A stretch of 31,384 nt of DNA, taken from the IMG/VR virus record IMGVR_UViG_3300012667_000247, positions 1 to 31,384 of that record, one strand, 5' to 3'. This DNA is from a virus. Taxonomy: Duplodnaviria; Caudoviricetes. This document shows, piece after piece, positions 10,101 to 18,880 of this stretch. A model generated the notes under the pieces. That model made no database searches. It saw only the letters and a program-made list of their open reading frames with translations, and had not been told where the DNA came from. The number at the start of each line of letters is the position of its first letter. Within the stretch, counting starts at the first letter, position 1. The translations under genes and the position numbers were made by a program.

Positions 10101-11434
10101 GAGTAAGAATGACAGGATCAGGGAATTTGTTAGTAAATACGCAAACCGATTCAGGATATAGATTAGATGTAAATGGAACATCAAGATTTCAAAGTAATAT
10201 TTTACTAAGTACAGGAGGAAATGGGTATTTTTTCTTTGATAGGCCAAATAATGGATTTGATGCCGTTACTATATATCGAACAAATGCTGCAAATAAATGG
10301 ATTTTAGGAACAAGGGGAAATTCAAATGATAATTTTCATTTATATTCATATGGAACAAGTAATCAACCATTAGAAATAAATTATTCAACGGGTGCGGCTA
10401 CATTTTCAAATAGTGTAACATCGGGAACGGAATTTATTTCATTAAATGGATATGGAATAAAATCATATATTGGATCATCGGCAACAGGGGCAAATATTCA
10501 ATTTACATCAAGTTATTATAGTGGTTGGGATGGAATTTATCAATCATCAGGCAGTACAAATGATTTTGGCATTTGGACAAATGGCGGATCAATTTCACAA
10601 CAAAAATTTGTAATAAAAAATGGAGGATATGTTGGCATCGGAACTGCATCACCATCAGGCTTATTTCATATTGATCACGGAGATACATATCATCAAGGTA
10701 TATTACATACATTTATTTCAACATTTGTCACATCAACAAAATTCGGCCGACCAAGTACAGCAAGTAATATTGAATTAAGATATGATATTGCGGGAAGCGA
10801 AATTGCATATATAAATCGCAATTATTCATCAGCAGAATTGAGATTTAATAGAGATGTGACAACAGATATGGCAATCAGCGGTAATGGAAAAGTTTCAATT
10901 GGAGGTGGGGCAAATTCATTTGATGCACAATTGGTTGTTTCATCAAATTCAACACCTTTTTCAATTAGAGGCGCAACAGGCTATTCAAGACCATTTATGT
11001 GGATGTCTTGGGATGTTTCGCCTGATACGGGAACAATTTTTGCAAATGCATTAAAATTTTACACAAATTCAAATGGTTCAACATATGCGCCCGGATCAGT
11101 TGCATTGACATTGGCATCAAATCAGGCGGCTACATTTGCATCATCAGTCACAGCCACATCATTTTTTGAATCATCAGATATTCGTCTAAAAACTTTAATT
11201 GAAAGCAATCCAATTATTAATGGAATAGAAAAATTAGAGGCCAAATTGTACGAAAAAAATGGCAAAATTGAATTGGGATATTTTGCGCAGGATGCTGAAT
11301 TAATTATGCCATATGCGGTTTCAAAAAATGATGAGGGATTTTTGAATTTATCATACCGTGAAATTCACACGGCTAAAATTGCAAGATTAGAAAAAGAGGT
11401 TGCAGAATTAAAAGAAAAATTAAACGTAGCATAA
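7184..11434 (+). CDS. Long tail fibre with C-terminal intramolecular chaperone (peptidase S74-like)
   Basis: 1416 aa, Gly/Ser/Thr-rich, with repeated QF/YL.ADGS and VGIGT..P units. C-terminal SDIRLK...GYFAQD...Y..coiled coil. Confidence 0.88.
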   Translation: MASLTGQLVAETYKALLKVIDNDIITASEKQITDGLGGGSNVFIDSQGFLRANKYKVTNGLATQFLKADGSLDTNTYLTSITGAQVITALGFTPVPTTRTITINGETHNLAADNTWTIGGTAAIWGNITGTLSNQTDLQNALNAKFDDPTGTISQYIRGDGSIANFPTIAGGLPTGGTAGQILSKIDSTDYNAHWIDNYATQTKNEVKLGATLAKGAAVYVSSANGTNMIVSAASNTSEATSSKTFGLLETGGVTNDQVKCVTFGLIAGLDTSAASAGDPVWLGVNGALIFGLANKPVAPAHMVYIGVVTRVQSNNGEIFVNVQNGFEIEELHDVLIQSKVNNQGLFYESSTGLWKNKSIATVLGYTPQAQLDGTGFVKASGTTISYDNSTYLTTADAASTYLALTGGTLSGNLTISSANPKLLLTDTDNNPDYSIQNYNGTFKISDETNSADRFFIYSTGIGYYNGDFKANKLFVEGGLSTQFIKGDGTLDTNTYLTATSLDSYLAKAGGTMTGDLNFYTLKTTRVGGNAYIRGNWEGTYWGLGAAATGHTIIIDQVDFSTGAYESITDVNLMLGTRTVVHSGNVATYALPITGGTVTGSITATSFVKSGGTSTQFLMADGSVTTLSSPVTGSGSAGYIPKWTTAANIGSSLIYDDGTSIGIAYTTPNKGGYGRTLTGASFGSASFGFEAVSNTTTNGGLIGGLSFIVNQNDSSRIVGSAIQSNLVGTTATNYGADLRFFAKADGGVIGEIARMTSAGLRVYGTIVKDGGTSSQYLMADGSVTTLTGVVTGSGTSGYLPKWTSASAVGNSLIFDNGTSIGINTVSPSATLSILSGGDQSAFTVRSNYAGNYNIFEVAQESSDGILKMRSANGTQRIQISSVTGGSSHSYINNGGRLGVGTNAPGMKVDAFGGASLSGTSFGVIRGCQDQTDYRGAALGYDTSGQIGVLYSESNGSPSSLAFWTYSGSAWGERVRMTGSGNLLVNTQTDSGYRLDVNGTSRFQSNILLSTGGNGYFFFDRPNNGFDAVTIYRTNAANKWILGTRGNSNDNFHLYSYGTSNQPLEINYSTGAATFSNSVTSGTEFISLNGYGIKSYIGSSATGANIQFTSSYYSGWDGIYQSSGSTNDFGIWTNGGSISQQKFVIKNGGYVGIGTASPSGLFHIDHGDTYHQGILHTFISTFVTSTKFGRPSTASNIELRYDIAGSEIAYINRNYSSAELRFNRDVTTDMAISGNGKVSIGGGANSFDAQLVVSSNSTPFSIRGATGYSRPFMWMSWDVSPDTGTIFANALKFYTNSNGSTYAPGSVALTLASNQAATFASSVTATSFFESSDIRLKTLIESNPIINGIEKLEAKLYEKNGKIELGYFAQDAELIMPYAVSKNDEGFLNLSYREIHTAKIARLEKEVAELKEKLNVA

Positions 11435-11437
11435 AAT

Positions 11438-11872
11438 ATGTCGTGGGCAGGTATAGCAAGTAATCAGGCGGTTTCGTGGGATAATTTACAGGATGCCGTG
11501 AATAATAACGTATTTATAAAAATTGGATTAATACCACCATCAGGTGTTTCAGGTTCAAGAGAGGTGACAAAATTAGGGGCATTGACAACCATTGATTGTC
11601 AGGCATCATATTTGTCAGGAAAATCAGATAATCAATTGGTGGTTAAAAGCAATTTAGTACCAACGGCATACACATATTATCAATTGACAGCCTGTGGCGG
11701 TGGTGCAGCAGTTTGGACAAAGATTTTACCAACATTAGGAGTTGGGCAACGATATGTTTTGCCCGGAATTACACCATTATTTTATTATTATAATGGAACT
11801 AATCAAACAACATTGCCGGCAGGATATAATGGTTCAATTCAAATTGTGGTTGGATCAACGTATTGTCCATAA
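11438..11872 (+). CDS. Hypothetical protein, probably fibre-associated
   Basis: 144-aa ORF 3 nt after the tail fibre; beta-rich composition. Confidence 0.6.
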   Translation: MSWAGIASNQAVSWDNLQDAVNNNVFIKIGLIPPSGVSGSREVTKLGALTTIDCQASYLSGKSDNQLVVKSNLVPTAYTYYQLTACGGGAAVWTKILPTLGVGQRYVLPGITPLFYYYNGTNQTTLPAGYNGSIQIVVGSTYCP

Positions 11873-11876
11873 TGAG

Positions 11877-11884
11877 TATATTTG
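11877..11884 (+). promoter_or_regulatory. -7 promoter box TATATTTG
   Basis: Intergenic exact match; TATATTTGCATA is shared with 13146. Confidence 0.6.
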
Positions 11885-11912
11885 CATATTAATAATCTAA
11901 TCAGCACATAAA

Positions 11913-12332
11913 ATGGCAAAAACAGAAAAAACAATCAAAAAGAATTACGCAGAAATCATTGTATTGGCGCAGGTGCTTAAATATTTTGTCGAGGAAGGCA
12001 AAACAAAGGCACAAAAGAAATTGGCTAAAATCAGCGAGAAATTAAAGCCATATTTGGAAAAATACGATGAATTAGCAGACGATTTGCGTTTGGATTGTGC
12101 ATCAATTGATAAAGATGGCAACCTGATTTTAAAAGAAAATGGAGGCTATGTTTACACAAAAGAGAATTTGAAGAAATTAAACGCAGAATCAAAGAAATTG
12201 AATTTAACAGAAATTGATTTTGAACTGATTCAAATTGTCAATCCGGAGGGTTTAGATGAATTTACGTGGTTGAAAGATTGGACAAACGGTGTTGATTTCA
12301 AAGAAATTGAAATAGAAACAGTAGAAATTTAA
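11913..12332 (+). CDS. Hypothetical protein (charged, helical; possible fibre chaperone)
   Basis: 139-aa ORF with an A-rich leader in the tail module. Confidence 0.65.
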   Translation: MAKTEKTIKKNYAEIIVLAQVLKYFVEEGKTKAQKKLAKISEKLKPYLEKYDELADDLRLDCASIDKDGNLILKENGGYVYTKENLKKLNAESKKLNLTEIDFELIQIVNPEGLDEFTWLKDWTNGVDFKEIEIETVEI

Positions 12333-12336
12333 GATA

Positions 12337-12684
12337 ATGAAAACAATCGAACCGGTTTCAATTTGGGACAATGGATCAGTAAATGAAGCCAAAATATTGA
12401 ATGCATATGCCATAAATGTGTCATTGGGCAATTCAGCATCATTTTGGTATGGATTATATTCTGAGGATATAAACAGTCAGGTACAAAATCAAATTGCACA
12501 AGGTAATTTGACAATGACAGGCGAGGCATATGCACAATGGACAGTTGATTCATATGCTTGGGATTGGGTTGCTGAGCAATTGAATTTGACCATCACAGGC
12601 GATTACATACCACCTGTACCACCTGAACCTGTGCCACCAATAGAAACACCAATTGATCCGGCAATCGAATCACCGGCAGTTTAG
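12337..12684 (+). CDS. Hypothetical protein with Pro-rich C-terminus (possible fibre assembly factor)
   Basis: 115-aa ORF tightly packed between its neighbours. Confidence 0.65.
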   Translation: MKTIEPVSIWDNGSVNEAKILNAYAINVSLGNSASFWYGLYSEDINSQVQNQIAQGNLTMTGEAYAQWTVDSYAWDWVAEQLNLTITGDYIPPVPPEPVPPIETPIDPAIESPAV

Positions 12685-13134
12685 ATGGCATTAGTAAACG
12701 GCACAAACGTTGTTTTGTATGAAGGCGATGTGGCATTAGGACATTCCAAATCCGCAACAATGTCTTTGCAAATGGATATGGCCGAATTTACCAATAAAGA
12801 TTCACAAGGTTGGAAAGAGGTGTTGGCCGGTAAACGTACAGCATCTTTTTCAGCCGAAGGATTGGTGGATTATTCCGATCAGGTCAATTTCAATGATTTT
12901 GCAGAACGGATTATTACACGATCACAGGTACAATGGGTATTCCAAACGGCCGGGATGTTTTACTATGGTTTAGGATACATCAACAATGTGGAACAGGTCA
13001 GCCAAATGGAAAACGTTTCAACGTATTCAGTTGATTTCACAATTTCGGGCCGTATTTATACAGATGCACGATTGATATGGAATCAGGTGTTTACCAATTG
13101 GGAAAACTTAAATATCCAATGGCAAAATGTATAA
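12685..13134 (+). CDS. Tail-tube-like protein (TP901-1-type paralogue) with Trp-repeat C-terminal extension
   Basis: NGTN, T.KDS.GW.E...G.R, GLV.Y motifs shared with 13187-13597. Confidence 0.78.
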   Translation: MALVNGTNVVLYEGDVALGHSKSATMSLQMDMAEFTNKDSQGWKEVLAGKRTASFSAEGLVDYSDQVNFNDFAERIITRSQVQWVFQTAGMFYYGLGYINNVEQVSQMENVSTYSVDFTISGRIYTDARLIWNQVFTNWENLNIQWQNV

Positions 13135-13145
13135 TTGATTTTGAA

Positions 13146-13153
13146 TATATTTG
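13146..13153 (+). promoter_or_regulatory. -7 promoter box TATATTTG for the major tail gene
   Basis: Intergenic exact TAnnTTTG ~33 nt upstream of ATG 13187. Confidence 0.62.
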
Positions 13154-13186
13154 CATAAAATAAGAGCATAAAAATTAAACAAAAAT

Positions 13187-13597
13187 ATGGCAACATCGGG
13201 AGTATTTAACGGCACGAACCTATTGATCAAAGTTGAGGGAACGGCCATTGCACACACAACATCATGCACATTGTCTATTTCACAGGACATTGCAGATGCA
13301 ACAACAAAGGATTCGGGCGGTTGGTCTGAGGGAATCAGCGGTTTACGTTCAGGCGAAATTTCGTTTGATGGTTTAGTGAACTACGCATCGGCTGCAAATG
13401 CTGAGGAATTAGTTGATTTCGTTTTAAACCGTACAATCATCACGTGTGTATTTGGAACGGCTGCATCAGGTGATACAGTTTACACGGCTGAGGGTTATAT
13501 CGCTTCAATCGAGCAATCGGCAGAAATGGAAGCAGCGGTAACATTCAGCGGATCAATCACATTGACAGGCGCAATTGTTAAGTCAACAAACGCATAA
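13187..13597 (+). CDS. Major tail tube protein (TP901-1-like)
   Basis: TTKDSGGWSE.ISGLRSGEISFDGL motif. Has its own promoter box and downstream hairpin, and precedes the chaperone and tape measure genes. Confidence 0.88.
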   Translation: MATSGVFNGTNLLIKVEGTAIAHTTSCTLSISQDIADATTKDSGGWSEGISGLRSGEISFDGLVNYASAANAEELVDFVLNRTIITCVFGTAASGDTVYTAEGYIASIEQSAEMEAAVTFSGSITLTGAIVKSTNA

Positions 13598-13618
13598 TTT
13601 GTTGAATTAAAATACATC

Positions 13619-13649
13619 CCCCTGCATCGGTAAAATGGTGCAGGGGTTT
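13619..13649 (+). terminator. Hairpin after the major tail gene (probable leaky terminator)
   Basis: CCCCTGCATC / GGTGCAGGGG stem with only a short T tract. Confidence 0.6.
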
Positions 13650-13675
13650 AGAGTTTATCACCTAATCAAACACAA

Positions 13676-14068
13676 ATGGAAGTCAATCAAAAAAGAGGGT
13701 ATTGTCAATTAAATATTGGCGGTAAAATTCGCACCCTGCATTTTTCAATGAATTTTTGGGCGGCCTTTGAACAGGCATCCGGGTACAGCATTTCAGAAAT
13801 CGACAAAGTTTTTGGGAGTGGTTTATCATTATCATCAATGCGGGCATTGGTTTATTCCGGTTTATTGGCATACGATCAAGAAAACGGAAACGAAATCGAT
13901 TATACCGTTTATTCGGTTGGCGATTGGATGGAGGATGTTGACCAAAGTGCATTGACATTATTAGTAGAAACATTGATGCAATCCCGAATTTTAGGCAATG
14001 ACCTGAATGCCGGTGTTCGTAGAAACGTTCAAAAATCCACAAAAAACCCAAAGCCGAAAAACCCCTAA
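13676..14068 (+). CDS. Tail assembly chaperone (lambda gpG analogue)
   Basis: Lies between tail tube and tape measure genes; slippery A AAA AAC near the 3' end. Confidence 0.82.
   Translation: MEVNQKRGYCQLNIGGKIRTLHFSMNFWAAFEQASGYSISEIDKVFGSGLSLSSMRALVYSGLLAYDQENGNEIDYTVYSVGDWMEDVDQSALTLLVETLMQSRILGNDLNAGVRRNVQKSTKNPKPKNP
14041..14047 (+). other. Programmed -1 frameshift slippery site A AAA AAC
   Basis: Canonical X XXY YYZ in the chaperone frame; the -1 frame is open from 14023 to 14382. Confidence 0.75.
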
Positions 14069-14382
14069 CATGGGATTCAATGTTAGACTTTTATATAGGT
14101 CAGGCAGGAATACCACCGGACAATTTTTGGCGCAATACTTGGAAAGAAAATGCGTTGTTGGGGGAGTCATGGAGTGTAAACGTGAATTTGCATTGGGAGA
14201 TGCACAGGTTCACAAGTACAACAATAATAAATTCACAAGCCACGAAACGTTCACAATTAATCACACCTGATAAATTATTCCCATTGCCACAGGATGTGTT
14301 TTTGGAGAAAGGGAAACCAAAGTCCACACCGGAACAATTCAAAGCATTTTTGGATCAAATTGAAAAAAGCCAAACCAAATAA
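14047..14382 (+). CDS. Tail assembly chaperone frameshift extension (gpGT analogue, ~235-aa fusion)
   Basis: ORF 14080-14382 is in the -1 frame and open back through the slippery site. Confidence 0.75.
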   Translation, partial: PKAEKPLTWDSMLDFYIGQAGIPPDNFWRNTWKENALLGESWSVNVNLHWEMHRFTSTTIINSQATKRSQLITPDKLFPLPQDVFLEKGKPKSTPEQFKAFLDQIEKSQTK

Positions 14383-14400
14383 TGGGTTGGCTTTTTTTTT
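14363..14400 (+). terminator. Rho-independent terminator before the tape measure gene
   Basis: AGCCAAACCA / TGGGTTGGCT stem (one mismatch) followed by T9. Confidence 0.65.
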
Positions 14401-14411
14401 AACTTTACAGC

Positions 14412-16943
14412 ATGGCAAGTTTACTAGAAGTAATAATCAGCGGTAATTCCAAAGAATTAGAAGCCGCATTATCAAGGGCAGACAAAGAATTAACCAATTT
14501 TGGGAAAAAAGCATCCGAAATTGGCAAATCAATGTCAATGTATGTCACAGCGCCGTTGACATTGGCGGGTGGCGCAGCAATTAAATTGGCATCTGATTTT
14601 AATGAATCGATGAACAAAGTTGACGTGTCATTCAAAAGTTCAGCGGCTGAGGTTCAGGCATTCGCAAAAACAGCATTGACATCATTTGGTATTGCTGAGG
14701 GTACGGCATTGGATATGGCGGCATTGTTTGGTGATATGGCAACCGGTATGGGTGTCAGCACATCGGAGGCTGCAAAATTATCTACATCATTAGTTGGATT
14801 GGCCGGCGATTTGGCATCATTCAAAAACATCGGGATTGATCAGGTTCAAACAGCATTGGCCGGAATCTTTACAGGTGAAACCGAATCATTGAAACGATTG
14901 GGAATTGTAATGACTGAGGCTAACGTTAAAGCCTACGCATTTTCAACAGGTATCAAAAAATCGTACGATGAAATGTCACAGGCCGAAAAGGTCATGTTGC
15001 GATATAATTACGTTTTATCAGTAACTAAAAACGCACACGGTGACTTTGAACGTACAGGCGGAGGCGCAGCCAATCAGATGCGTATGTTTGCCGAATCATT
15101 GAAACAGGTTGGGGCGCAATTTGGACAGGTAGTATTGCCATACGTTACCAAAGCATTCAAGGCAATGAACAGCCTAATGGTGGCAATTTCGGAAACATCC
15201 ACAACGACCAAAACAATCATCATGGTGTTGGGCGGTTTAGTTGCTGCAATCGGGCCGGTATTGATGGCCGTTGGGTTTTTATCACAGAACATGATTACCG
15301 GGTTTACGAATGCGACAAAGGCCGTGAAATTCCTTTGGGCTGCGATGTTGGCAAATCCATTGGTTGCAATTACATCATTGGTGGCAGCATTGACAGGTGC
15401 GTATTTATTACAGGCCGGTGTATTTAAGAAAATGACCGATGTTCAGGGTGAATTGAACACATTAAAGGATGAATCGGTAAAATCAACAATACGTGAGGAG
15501 GCCGAATTACAAAGGTTAGTAAAAATCGCAAAGAATCAGAATGTTGCGATGGATGAGCGTAAAAAAGCAATTACGGCAATCAACGCAATTTCCCCTGATT
15601 ATTTGAAAGGAATTACATTGGAAACCGTTGGCACAGATAAAGCGCAAAAGTCCATTGATAAATATATCGGATCATTGAGGCAGAAAGCATTGGTGATGGC
15701 AGCCAACGCAAAGATTGAACAATTAATGGCCCAAAAATTGTCATTGCAAACAGGTGAAACGGATGCAGGAACAACGGCAGCGGGGGCATTGGCTGATGCG
15801 TGGGGTAAATTTGCATCTGCATCGCCATTTTTAGGTGCGCAAAACGCAATGAAATATGGTGCGCAGGAACGTAAAAAAACCACAGATCAAGAATTAAAAA
15901 ACATCGATGAGTTAATCAAAAAAACGGCCAAATTAGCCAATATCGATTTGAATGCGGTTGAATCGCCAACATCAACAGGTAAAGGAGCAACAGCACCACC
16001 AAAAGTTGGAGGGCAACCAGGCGCAGGTGATTCACCAGAAATGAAATTATACAAAGCACGTATAAAATCAGCGGAGGAAACAGAAAAGGCATTATACCAA
16101 ATTAAGAAAGATGGTGATGCCCAAACATTAGCAGATATGGAAATTTTTTCCAAAAAACTGATGCTGATGACCGGTGAGAAAGGCCGTGAAAACGTTGAAT
16201 TATTAAAAAAATGGTTCAATTACGATATTACAACAAGTGAATTTTTCACATCATTAAACAAATTGCGTGGGATTACAATTGATATTCCTTCACCAATGGC
16301 ATTGATGGATAAAAAAATCACAGAATCCACCATTGCGCAAAAAACGCAATTAGATTTGCAGGCAGAACAATATGGCCTGTATATGGAACAAGTGAATTCA
16401 ATGGCAACAACAGTCAGTGGGGCATTTGGATCATTGGGAAATTCAATTGTTGCATCATTTGGATTGGCGCAAACAGGATTAGAAGGATTTTTGAGTACAT
16501 TATTGCAGTTCGGTGTTCAATATGCTGCGGAGGCATTAAAAAATGCGTTAATTACAAAGGGGCAGATTGCAGCATCAAAAGCATCAGCAACAGCGGGCGC
16601 AATTGATGCCGGTGCAAAGTCAGCACAAGCGGCAGGGCCGGGTGCAATTTTCGCATTATTGCCGTTCATTGCAATGGGTGTGGCTGCGGTTGCATCCGCA
16701 TTTAGTAGTGTTCCGGCATTTGCTGCGGGTGGTATCGTTTCAGGCCCAACAATGGGTTTGATGGGTGAATATCCGGGCGCAAAATCGAATCCGGAGGTAA
16801 TCGCACCATTGAGCAAATTGCAGGGAATGTTGGATCAGGGCAACGGAGGCGGAGGCCCAATGACAGGCGAATTTGTGTTAAGAGGTCAGGATTTAGTGGT
16901 GGCATTAGCAAGAGCAGAAAAGCAAAGAAATAGAATTGGATAA
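14412..16943 (+). CDS. Tail tape measure protein
   Basis: 843 aa, Ala/Gly-rich and helical; GETESLKRLGI and PAFAAGGIV.GPT....GE...PEVIAPL motifs; synteny. Confidence 0.93.
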   Translation: MASLLEVIISGNSKELEAALSRADKELTNFGKKASEIGKSMSMYVTAPLTLAGGAAIKLASDFNESMNKVDVSFKSSAAEVQAFAKTALTSFGIAEGTALDMAALFGDMATGMGVSTSEAAKLSTSLVGLAGDLASFKNIGIDQVQTALAGIFTGETESLKRLGIVMTEANVKAYAFSTGIKKSYDEMSQAEKVMLRYNYVLSVTKNAHGDFERTGGGAANQMRMFAESLKQVGAQFGQVVLPYVTKAFKAMNSLMVAISETSTTTKTIIMVLGGLVAAIGPVLMAVGFLSQNMITGFTNATKAVKFLWAAMLANPLVAITSLVAALTGAYLLQAGVFKKMTDVQGELNTLKDESVKSTIREEAELQRLVKIAKNQNVAMDERKKAITAINAISPDYLKGITLETVGTDKAQKSIDKYIGSLRQKALVMAANAKIEQLMAQKLSLQTGETDAGTTAAGALADAWGKFASASPFLGAQNAMKYGAQERKKTTDQELKNIDELIKKTAKLANIDLNAVESPTSTGKGATAPPKVGGQPGAGDSPEMKLYKARIKSAEETEKALYQIKKDGDAQTLADMEIFSKKLMLMTGEKGRENVELLKKWFNYDITTSEFFTSLNKLRGITIDIPSPMALMDKKITESTIAQKTQLDLQAEQYGLYMEQVNSMATTVSGAFGSLGNSIVASFGLAQTGLEGFLSTLLQFGVQYAAEALKNALITKGQIAASKASATAGAIDAGAKSAQAAGPGAIFALLPFIAMGVAAVASAFSSVPAFAAGGIVSGPTMGLMGEYPGAKSNPEVIAPLSKLQGMLDQGNGGGGPMTGEFVLRGQDLVVALARAEKQRNRIG

Positions 16944-16945
16944 TT

Positions 16946-18880
16946 ATGGCATACGGTGTGAAATATCGTTTGGAATTTGCCGATATAAAAGGCAACAAAC
17001 GAAAGGTTGAGATTTTCAAAAAAGATTATGCCGGTGCAGTTTTGCCGATGGTTGGATCAGGTGAGCCGGTTGAAATCGAGTGGAAGGCTGAGGAAGATTT
17101 GTATGAGCCATTGATTGGATCATTATGCACGTTGAATTTGATGGTAACGGATGACGTTACGTATGACGATTTTTATTTGTACGATGAACGCGAATACAAA
17201 GTGGTTGTGTATTTTGAGGCATCGGCCGGATCGTGGGCCACATATTGGTCGGGTTGGGTTGTTAATGACCTTTATTCACAGGCATTGGTTTCAACACCTT
17301 ATTCCCTTTCAATTACAGCGACAGACAATTTGGGGCAATTGGATGGATTCGACACGTGGATGCCGGCCGTTGGTGTTGATAATGCCACATTATGGCAATT
17401 CATGTGGAATGCGTTGGCCAATTTATCGTTGGATTATGACATTTACATCAGCAATGATTTAAGAATCGCAACGGATTCAAATTGGAAAAACGTCTTTGAT
17501 CAAATCACCATCAAAAAGGTGGGATTTTATCATGACTATTATATCATCAACGATGCAAAAATGACATTGCGGTCGATCCTTATGGGATTCAATTGCAGAT
17601 TATTCCAATCGTTTGGCCGGTGGTATATTGTCAATTGTTCATCATATGGCGATCAACGAATCATTGAAGGCATACAGGCCGGAACATACAGCGGTGCGGG
17701 CATTTTAACAGCCAAACAAGGGTTTTTGAATGGTGGCACGGAAAACATTAAATATTGGATTTATAATGCATCAGGGGTGGCCCAATCAGCGGTCACAACA
17801 AATATGCTGAAAGTCGTGCCGACCAATATGCAACCGATCGGCCAAAACTTATTCAGAACACCACGCAGACCGGTCAAAAAATATCAGGAAATCGTTGATA
17901 TTTCACAACAACAAGTGGATTTGAATTTGAACGCATCGTTTGAATTTGACAATGAGAATTGGGATACAGCATTAGTTACAACACAATTTGTTAATTCACC
18001 ATTTGCGGGCCGTAGATCGTTGAAATATGTTGGCACAAGTGCATTGGGTGTTTACACGGTCAGATTGGTCAGCACAGGGGCAGCATCGGCCGTGAAGGGC
18101 AACCAATATCAGGTTTTATTTTCGGTTAATATAGACAAAGGAGGAAGCGACAACAGATTGCCATGGTTTTTGCGCATTGAATATTCGCCCGGGGTGTACA
18201 CATATTGGAGTGAAGTGAACAAAACATGGGGAACAACAGGCGGATCAGTTTTGTGGAATGAAACAAAGGTGATTGGTGCAGGTACATTTGAATCGTTTAA
18301 ATTTACAGCCAAAGAAGCCCCCGAACCGGGAACAATACAGATTGGGTTTTCGTATCCTTACATTGATGCGCCGGGTTCATACACAGGGATGTATTTGGAC
18401 AATTGTGCGGTCAGAAATATTGACAAAGAACAGAACGTTTACAAAGAGGTGTATTTCATCCGTGAACAAACAGGCACATTTGTGACATCTGATGTGATGG
18501 AGCATAAAGATGTGGTGCAGGCTGATTTGGATTCAGTTGTATTTTCGGGCGCATTCACAGACAATAATTCATTCAAACGTGCGCAGGATACGGCCACAAA
18601 CGGATATTTTTTAGAGCAGATAGTCACGCAACAACGGTTGAATGATTTTAGGCAATATTCGATGCAATACGAAGGTGATTTGTACAATATGGATCAATAT
18701 TCGGTGATGACAATGGCCCATAAATTATGGATTAAATTTGCAACGTTAACCGAAACAGATTCGGCCATTGTGGATTCAATTAGGGTGCAATTAAAATCAA
18801 ACCTGTACACGTGCCAATTCCACATCCCGAATAATTACACGGATGTGTCGAGCAATTACAGGATTTCGTATCAGGAATAA
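16946..18880 (+). CDS. Tail tip/hub protein with probable inserted carbohydrate-binding-like domain
   Basis: Directly after the tape measure gene. W.G.V.........P..I.ATD.LG.L pattern; internal N.SFE....W...F.G..SLK segment resembling CBM4/9. Confidence 0.65.
   Translation: MAYGVKYRLEFADIKGNKRKVEIFKKDYAGAVLPMVGSGEPVEIEWKAEEDLYEPLIGSLCTLNLMVTDDVTYDDFYLYDEREYKVVVYFEASAGSWATYWSGWVVNDLYSQALVSTPYSLSITATDNLGQLDGFDTWMPAVGVDNATLWQFMWNALANLSLDYDIYISNDLRIATDSNWKNVFDQITIKKVGFYHDYYIINDAKMTLRSILMGFNCRLFQSFGRWYIVNCSSYGDQRIIEGIQAGTYSGAGILTAKQGFLNGGTENIKYWIYNASGVAQSAVTTNMLKVVPTNMQPIGQNLFRTPRRPVKKYQEIVDISQQQVDLNLNASFEFDNENWDTALVTTQFVNSPFAGRRSLKYVGTSALGVYTVRLVSTGAASAVKGNQYQVLFSVNIDKGGSDNRLPWFLRIEYSPGVYTYWSEVNKTWGTTGGSVLWNETKVIGAGTFESFKFTAKEAPEPGTIQIGFSYPYIDAPGSYTGMYLDNCAVRNIDKEQNVYKEVYFIREQTGTFVTSDVMEHKDVVQADLDSVVFSGAFTDNNSFKRAQDTATNGYFLEQIVTQQRLNDFRQYSMQYEGDLYNMDQYSVMTMAHKLWIKFATLTETDSAIVDSIRVQLKSNLYTCQFHIPNNYTDVSSNYRISYQE

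Noticed and set aside
7184-11434. Diversity-generating retroelement or invertible tail-fibre system
   Set aside because: No reverse transcriptase or invertase gene. The fibre repeats differ mainly at synonymous sites rather than only at adenines.
13623-13633. TGCATCGGTAA repeated at 20035-20045
   Set aside because: Only 11 nt, in different structural contexts; compatible with chance.
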